From the NCBI GenBank assembly GCA_964035545.1, contig OZ037767.1, positions 26,676,628 through 26,740,627 of the forward strand: DNA of 64,000 nucleotides, read 5' to 3'. This DNA is from Bugula neritina (lineage: Eukaryota > Animalia > Bryozoa). The position numbers and the translations under genes were made by a program. The notes beneath the pieces are model-generated. The model searched no databases. It worked only from the letters and a program-made list of their open reading frames with translations, and was not told the DNA's origin. Positions 55,701 to 64,000 of the stretch are shown here, piece by piece (position 1 is the stretch's first letter; each line of letters opens with the position of its first letter).

Positions 55701-58700
55701 GGAGGGAAATCGTCTGCTGTACCGTCTGCTGTACCGTCTGCATCCACTCCTACAGCTCCCCGCCAGCCGCTGCTAACTACTTCAGCTGCCCAACCATCAG
55801 GGAGTCAAACTACATTCAAAGTTTCTCCAAAGCAAGTTTGAATTTAATTCTTGGAAACATAAAATTTGGGAAATAATTCTGTGCTTAGAGTTTAGTTGAA
55901 GGAATTGTTTTGGGAACAGCTGTAATTATTCCATTTATATTTTATAATGGGAACATTTGTAAACTGTACCTCGGCCAACTTAGGTAGTAGCAATAGAAAC
56001 GCAGGCTTTTCCTGTCAGATAACTTATTCCTCACATTCACTGCACAAAAGTTATTACAATCGTATATGAAATTTCAAGCTAATTTCCATTTTGTTAATTC
56101 AAAGCTTCTAAATCTTAAAATATTTTATTTGTCTGTCAGCATTTTATCAAAACAACTATTTAACTCACCTTTTACTAAAAAGAGAAAAATTTTTACACTT
56201 AATTATATTCAGTTATAAACACCATTGCTGTTTTTCATAGTGGATTGGGAGTTGTCTGCGTAACAAAAAGTTGGAATATATTGAGTTTTATTCTGCTACA
56301 GTGACAGTGGCTTCCATGACCGCCTGGTTAATGGAAATAAAAGACAATCCTACAGGAGCGTGGCTTTGCAAACCCCATCGGAGTGGTTGCAAGCTGAGAA
56401 AGGAAGAGAAGTAGTAAGTTACTTTTCCTCCGTTATCGTAATGCGACACAGTTGAGTTTAGTTATTTTATTTTTATACGCATAAATAATAGAAGATGGTT
56501 TTCGAGCTTTGATTTCAACAGATCTATTTAAATTTCATGTCAAATGGTGTTTAAATGTAGTATTGAAAGTCATTCTAGCTCCATTTTTAGATGCTACCAC
56601 CACTTGCTTTGAAGTTTGTGGATTGCTTCAGTACTGTGGCAAATAAATATATAATTAACTAATATAGATTTAGCAATTATAAAAGCATCAGTTCTTCGCA
56701 TAAATAAAACTCAGATCAAGTTTATTTGTTTAGCTAATAAGGCACCTGGATCTCTTGCACTGTTTCATCACAACTGATTTCAAGTGGTCAGCAACTGACA
56801 GGGGCAAATGCAATTATATTGTTTTTATTATATTATTATATTGCTTCTCATATAAAAGGTGACACAACTCCTTAAATGCACTAATGTTTCTATAATGCAT
56901 AGCCTTTTGAGTAGATTTTTAAAAAATGTTGTAATTATGTGCTTATATTTGTGGAGAAGATTATTGCAATTAGCTTTGGTTCATGACCCAAACATCATAG
57001 ATTTTATGGGGTGTCTTGCAGCCCTCTCCAACTGGTCAGTCTCCAAATACTCAGGCTATTGCCTCAGCTCCTTCTGTCACTGTAAACGGGAAATCATATA
57101 CTGTGCTGAGTATTATAGGAACTGGAGGCTCTTCTAAGGTGAGCACTAATCGGCTCTGACTTACTTTCTGAATTTTATTACTTTTTATGTTATTTGAAAC
57201 TGGAAAGTAATAAATTGCACTAGAAGCATCTACCCCTTGTTAGTTGTATCTGTTGCTTGTTGTGTGACAAAAACTTGTACATCGCTAAGGGCCAAATAAA
57301 CTCTGCTCCAAGAATGGCGTAATTTTGCTGCAATGTTAGGGGTTACTTAAAATGAATACTATGAATAATTACCAAACGGTTTTAATTAGACAACCATGTA
57401 CTGAATTTAATATATCATAGGAGAGGTGATGTGCTTCTTAGTTTTTTGTCAGTTATTATTTCTGTTGCTGAAACTATTTCAGGTTGAAAAGGTGGTTGAC
57501 TTTGAAAGCTCTCAGTTGTTGGCTCTCAAGTCTGTAAATCTGGCCAACCAACCACCTCAGGCTGTCGAAGCTTTCCTCAAAGAAGTAGAAATGCTGAAGA
57601 AGCTTCAGTTCAGTGACAGAGTAATCAAGTTGGTAGACTTGTGAGTAGTCCAATGTTATTTCAGGAATGTTCAAGGTCATTTATATGGGTCTGCAAGGTC
57701 ATCGCTTGTCTCAGCTGTGTCCGGTTGCAATAGGTCTCTGTCCAATTCTGTTGTTGATGCGTCTCGTGTTTTGATTGTTTTTGCCAAGCAAGGTTAGCAA
57801 TTGCTTGTCCATTTTTTATTTTATTACATTTTTATTATGCTACATCACCCGCATACCTCTACTTGCAGTGAGAATTCCGTCTCTCAAAATAAACTTTATT
57901 TGCTGTTGGAATGCGGCAGCACAGATTTAGCTGTTCATCTGAAGGAGAGGCTCTCTACTCGCTCGTTACACAGGATGCAGAGATGTATGTTTTGGTACGA
58001 GATGCTGCAGGCCGTAAGAGTGCTCCATGACGCAGGTATAAAAATTGTGAATTGAGATTCTTAGCTGCGGGTCCTAAAAACTTAATTCATGACATCGTAA
58101 AATGCCAGCTTTAACTCACAGATTCGTTAAATTTAGCCATCTTTTCCCTGTAGACACATACATAAGCCACAAATCGGGGTCCAAGCCCTTATCTTGACCT
58201 ATGGAATTTTGTGAGATATGGAGGGAGCACTGTACAGTTTTCAAATTGGGGGATCATATCTGCAGTTTTTATGTCTCATTTCCTGTCGAAATGTTTGTGG
58301 AATAGTAAAAAGTGAGCTGCCGTCACTGATTAAACACCATAGAGCACAACGTAAATACTGCATGAGAGAACAAATCCTTGTAGCACTAATTTAATGTGAT
58401 GAATGATGGAACACTGTTAAGGTAGTGACTCATTATAACCAGTAAAGTGAATCTGCTTGGTTTACGTATTGCAGGAGTTGTTTTCTCTTTGCCTTACTTA
58501 TTACTAATAGGCTGTTATATAATATACATTGTGTCAAATTATGATGACGTGAGCTATTGCACAACACAGTGATGTCACTGTTGCTAGGAATTAGAATTGT
58601 ATAAAAATAGAACACTGAAATGTTGAAACGTGATTGCGTTCCACATGTTCTGAGAAATGTTTGTGACTTGCATGTTTTGCTGCCAATTACAGTGTGTTTT

Positions 58701-61700
58701 TGCTGCCAAATTTTTATTAGATAGTTATTGGGTGGTGACCACTGACTGTCCTAGGACTTGGTCACTATAGATAAACTATATAGCAGGTATAAACTACGTA
58801 TATAGCAGGTATAAACTATGTATATAGCAGGTATAAACTACGTATATAGCAGGTATAAACTACATATGTAGCAGGTATAAACTATGTATATAGCAGGTAC
58901 ATATAAACTGGTAATGTTAGTCTAGTCTATTAGTAATACTGACAAACCCCTCTGCATATTACAGGTATCGTACACTCTGATATTAAACCAGCCAACTTTA
59001 TGTTGGTTTCTGGACAGATTAAACTCATAGACTTTGGTAAGTAACTTCAAGCTATTAGCCTCGGCAGCTTGGTGCCTCCTTTACTCACTCCTAACTATCT
59101 CTGATGTGTTCAGAATCTTAGTCTATTTCTTTGAGTTGAATGTAGTGTGGATATCAGATCAATAATTTAATAGACAAATTGTCTGTGTATTTCTTCTGCA
59201 TTGGCTGCAGTGTGTCTGTATGATGGCTTATGCATTCCCAATACTGTTTGTGAGTTTTAGAATTGTCTTTCCTACGTATACTACTGATCTTATATAATAT
59301 GAACTTATTAGCTAGACTAATATAATATGTGCAAACTATTAAAAATATTGCCATTTTTATAAAATTTAATTTATTTAATTTAATTTATTGATTCATCACA
59401 TTTTAGCGTAACGGCTCGATCACATTGAGACGAAATGTCGGTGAAATGTTAAGGCTACTTTGTTTCGTCTGAGCAAAAATGTTACGTTGCAGGTTTCTCT
59501 GTAAACAATCAAAATTACGAAAATTATCCCCCCCCCCCGCAGCGAAGTGTGAATTTTCATATGTGGTAACTAACAACTCTTCTCCCCAAAAACATAATGT
59601 AAATATTATTGATCATAAGAAACTTTTGAAAGATAAAAATACTCTTAAATATTTCTAAGATTATTTTCGTGAACTTATTTGGGGAATAAATAGAGCTGAT
59701 TGGTCAGTTGTTTAATTTTTAGTTTGCACAACTATTTTGGAAATTGGGGAAAAGCTAACTTTTCAAACTGGTTTTGATTTAAACAAGCTTAATGAATCAG
59801 TATTTTTTATTCTTCTGACTATAGGATTGCTTAAATTAAATTAACATTAGAAATAAAAAATCCTTAAAATTTTGACAGTGCATCTACTTGTTAGAAATAA
59901 CTGTCCAGTAAGGTAGCTTAGACCACAGGTAGCCACAGACTTTGAAAAGTCTTTAAAAAAATTTTTTTGAATCAGGTGGTGTTTGATTCTTGACGAAATG
60001 CCTACTGATGGATGTTGTTGAGAATGGCTGCCGTCTCATCCGACTGTTGTCGCCATGTGATCGGGCTGAATAATGTTATGAAAACTTCCGCCATATTTCG
60101 ACACCGATATATATCTGATAAAAAATTTTCTAGCCGTGTTTTGCTTTTAAAAACATGTTGACACAAGTTAAGGACTAGACGATCTGGCGCCCTGTGGAAT
60201 GGCACACCTTCGGGGATGTGTGAATAATTACTAATATTACAAACAATTTATTACATTGTAAAATGTTATTTATGTTATTTTATGGGCCCATACTTGCCCA
60301 CTCTGGTACTTTCCACTGCTAGGAAATTTCCTACCGTTAACCTGATTTTTTATCTTGCATGTATATTGTGTGGGTGGTACATCAGGGCGCCTTAAAAATG
60401 TTGTTTTGCTGGTATATAACTTTACTAAATATAATTTGAGCCAGGTGCGAGCAAACATTACTAGAAATACTATTCAAACAAAAACATTCTACTTCATAAT
60501 ATTTGTTATTCCATTCATGGATTAGTCAATGTTACCTGACTCACTATTAAAAAGCCAGAAAAAGTTCATGGCTGCTTGAAATAAGAGTATTTTGAAATTC
60601 CGGTGTAACTTTTGAGCAATTTCATAGAATTTCAATAAAAAGGAACTCTTTCCATCATCTGTCAAAATAATCATTATGCTGGTTTTGTAATTTTGTCAAC
60701 AAAAGTATTTGAAACTACTGCATATATATTGTATATCTGATGGTTTACTCTGGCCTTGTCTAGTATTACCATGTTTTATGCTTGAAACTAATGTAAGATA
60801 TGGTGTAATTATAGCTGGTGTGTACTAGTTACTGTTACTGCAATATCTATATAAAGTACATAATTATGTAATATGGCTGTGTTTTTAATCACATGTAGAC
60901 TTATAGTAGCCGTGAGGTTGTGTTTCAGGGATTGCCAAACAGCTGGATGCAGATTCTACCTCCATGGTGTTGGAAAACTGTGTGGGGACGGTAAACTACA
61001 TGTCCCCTGAAGTGCTGCAAGGCGTTGGATCTAAGGCTGTAGACAGCAAGGTACACAGTTCCAGTCCTAATACTGTTACTTGATGTCGCTGTAACAGGAT
61101 GCTGGGTGGCCTTGGAGAGGTCAAATTAAATGACCATGACCAATATTGAAGCCGTAGTTCTTAGTCATCGAAAATGGCCACCCTGTTTTCATTATCTTGC
61201 TGTTTAAAAGAGCACTGGTGCTTGTTTTATGGCTTTATTGTAAGATGTTTTTCTTAATTTCTCCCACCCGTGGGGTGCCGATGACCTAAACAAGGAAGCT
61301 TAGGTGCAGGTGGGGCTGCTAGCTGGCACTCTGCCAACTCATCTACTATTAGTAAAAGGGTTTCAGCACTTATTTTGTAAGAATGCCAACATTATTTGCA
61401 TTCTCTGGTATCATTGATTGCTTCTCCCTTTCATAGTACACTCTGACGCACTATTTGACTTCTTTATTCAAAACAAAAAATGCTACTAGATGAAATCTTG
61501 TATAATCTCAGCCATTCTAAACAAAGAACCAAATACTGTGGGCAAAACTTATTTTTGGGTTCCTAAAAATTTGTGCCTACCGTTTTTACATAAAGTGCTA
61601 TTTAAAAACATAACCATTTGTTTGTATTGCAAAATGTAGCGCAAATATTAGCTTATAGCTATTAATAAACCATTTCAGAAGATTTCAGAAGAGCATCGCA

Positions 61701-62018
61701 AAACTGTTGTATTCCTGTAACATGAGCTAAACTACTTTAAATCTATGGAGTTGTCCCATTTTTATACAAAAATTAAAACAACTTCATTTATAATCAAAAA
61801 CTGGTTGAATTTCAGAGGTGTTACATGTAACTGCTCTTTAGATTGGGAGGAAAGCTGACGTGTGGAGTCTGGGATGTATTCTGTACTATATGACGTATGG
61901 TTTCACTCCATTTCAATCTCTCACCACGTTTATAGCTAAGCTATCCGCTATTGTGAATCCTCAACATAACATTGACATGCCCGATGTGGGGGAGCCTCAC
62001 CTCACCCATACTCTGAAG
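52748..62018 (+). CDS. TTK: Dual-specificity kinase TTK/Mps1, partial (last kinase exon(s) not found in window)
   Basis: [112 protein letters not shown] are Mps1-family signatures. The start exon (ATG 52748) is inferred from phase. Confidence 0.9.
53778..53880. repeat. ~23-bp degenerate tandem repeat just after a TTK donor
   Basis: tagtaactgttagtagtcatata about 4 copies, beginning about 15 nt after the donor at 53762. Confidence 0.75.
54202..55293. repeat. 22-bp minisatellite (~50 copies) filling a TTK intron up to the branch point
   Basis: Unit taatataagacactctagtstg from 54202 to 55280; the final partial unit runs into actgat, 14 nt before the acceptor at 55307. Confidence 0.95.
55535..55633. 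repeat. Degenerate ~27-30-bp repeat abutting a TTK acceptor
   Basis: tatcagtatattatattactact about 3-4 copies, ending at ctgcag (AG near 55637). Confidence 0.75.
58771..58909. repeat. 22-bp minisatellite (6 copies) containing CAG|GTA
   Basis: ataaactatgtatatagcaggt units inside TTK intron 58036-58964. Confidence 0.9.
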
Positions 62019-64000
62019 GTACGTTTAGCTGAGAACTTTGACTGCTGGTTGTTATATCAAAGATTTGTTTCAAATTGCTTTAACTTGATTGAATAGTGAA
62101 TTATACTACTTTTAGTCGGCATATTTTTTCTTTTTTCCATCTACTTTCTTGCCAGTTTAAAGCTGTTATTGGATGGTCCCTGAAGTAGTTCTAGTGTATT
62201 TAGACGATCGAATGTGCTGCTAGGGAAATTTTTCTTCTTTCATAATAATCTGAATACTCCTACCTCCTTGCTTAGTCATAAAAATGCTGAATCTCTGTTT
62301 TGACAAATATTATCTCATTTATTCTGGCCAAATATTTGTATTTGGAATTGTGATTTTAAGTCATAGAATATTGAAAAGCAAATTGAATGGGCCATCTAGC
62401 GCTGGTAATCTCATACACTGCTCCTCAGTTCCTATAGGGTTATAATGCTCATCAGTTCTCATAGTCATAATTCTCAGAATGGTATTCTAATCAATCTTAA
62501 GATAATTTTCAGATAAACTTAATTGATTATTTCACAACAGTTTACAAATTGTGAGTGTTTTTTGTAAAGGTCATGTAACAGCCATGCTTGCCCTCCTCCT
62601 TTTCATAACTAAATACGCAGAATTCATGGAAGTTATTATATACTTCAGTCCAAATGAAATAGTTCAAGATGGTTTTTATAACCATGTCGATCCCAAATTA
62701 GCTGAACACAACAATGACTGTGCAAAATTTAATTCAGTTTCCATGATGATCTTGCTATTTGTTCCTACAAGTTTTTGACTTTTATTGACTCAATTAAACA
62801 GGCTTTTCCAAGAACTGTTCCATCATTTCTCAGAGGTGTCATTGAGCTACAATGGAGATAATGTTTAATGTTTAAACTTTCAAGCCAGCTCAGTGATCGG
62901 GCTGTGTGTTACAGCAGCTAAAAATAAATGAAAGTCAGCAATATTTAGCGTTAGTTTTATAATACTGCATATGGACTTCAGGAGATAACATAAACTTTAT
63001 CAGCTTGAGTCCAAAATTTATTATAAAACAAAATTGTTTGAACATATAACGAAGTCTGAAGATTGCTAAGATCTGAGCCAGGGATTTTTCAATTAATTAA
63101 GATTATATACAATTTTGGACCCATTTAGAGCAAATGGAAGTTGCTCCCACCAATCTCTACAGTAAACATATTCATCAAATGCCTCGGGGATCCTGGCAGT
63201 TTCACAGGAGCTTAATGATTCTGTTTAAAAGGACTCGAAACTTTTTAAACAAATCACCTGCTTTATAAACAAGATAACCTTTCTTTAGGGATAGTTGAGT
63301 CTGTCAATATTTTGCCAACCTGATGAATTTGACAATTAAGCTGGGTTGGCCTGTTTACAGTTGAGCCCTGTTTACAAGTTAACCCCCCCCCCCCCCTTTG
63401 GAGTTTATTCTTTGTCATTGAATATATCTAATTTATCATACTTCAAGAAATGAATTTTGGTGTAGGATTGCATTTGAAGGAGAAAAGTTTGTATTATCAA
63501 TTTATCTCAGCTGCATTTGAATCAATTTCAACCCCTATGAGTTGCAATGCTGTTGCATAACTACTTTTAAAGGTATGCTATTATATTAATAAGTATAGAT
63601 ATAATATATAGTTATTAAACGATCTCATTTCAGCTACATTCCAAGTTAAGCTGAACACTGGTTTAGAATTTTTCTCAGTATTTCTTGTTCTAGTTTCATA
63701 GCAAAATTACTGGCATGCAATTAAGCTGTAGTATAAACATAAGTCTTTGTGTAACATGTGAAGAATGAAGAGACTGGAAATAGGTTAGATATAATTTATT
63801 TCTATTTTTAATTGCATTTTGTTTCTGGGAGTGTTTTATGAATGAAAGTTAATTCCTGTTACTGAACAATACTCTTCCCTGGTGAGCAGAATAGGAAGTC
63901 TAAAAATATGACCAAAAGAAGCATGAGATTTGTTGCTATTGACACTTTCTCTGCAGTTGGTATTATTTTATTTTATCTTGATGAGATTTGAGAGTCGCTC

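Noticed and set aside
59400-60400. Possible transposon remnants in a long TTK intron
   Set aside because: Composition is suggestive, but no matching terminal repeats or coding motifs could be established.

Overview
AT-rich, gene-dense, intron-containing animal (invertebrate-type) genomic DNA; the species cannot be determined from sequence alone. Manual exon stitching on splice signals and reading phase supports eight protein-coding genes: LPCAT3/MBOAT5 (+), an orphan type-I membrane glycoprotein (+), UBE4B/Ufd2 (-), a Hairy/E(spl)-type bHLH-WRPW gene with Su(H)/CSL sites upstream (+), an AT-hook/multi-C2H2 zinc-finger gene (-), PRMT3 (+), an unassigned TPR protein (-) and TTK/Mps1 (+, 3' end not found in the window). 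There is also a tRNA-like sequence and a few transposon relics. Three non-genic patterns stand out. (1) Intronic minisatellites are repeatedly anchored on splice junctions, and several are literal tandem copies of the junction: 20 copies of an exon-end plus GTAAGT donor in UBE4B, and 20 copies of an acceptor plus exon start in the zinc-finger gene. (2) Degenerate 6-nt-periodic tracts lie at the 5' ends (putative first introns) of the housekeeping-type genes but not the HES gene. (3) A complete set of U12-type (AT-AC) splice signals is nested inside the last U2 intron of UBE4B. All gene models and coordinates are read by eye; no database search was run.
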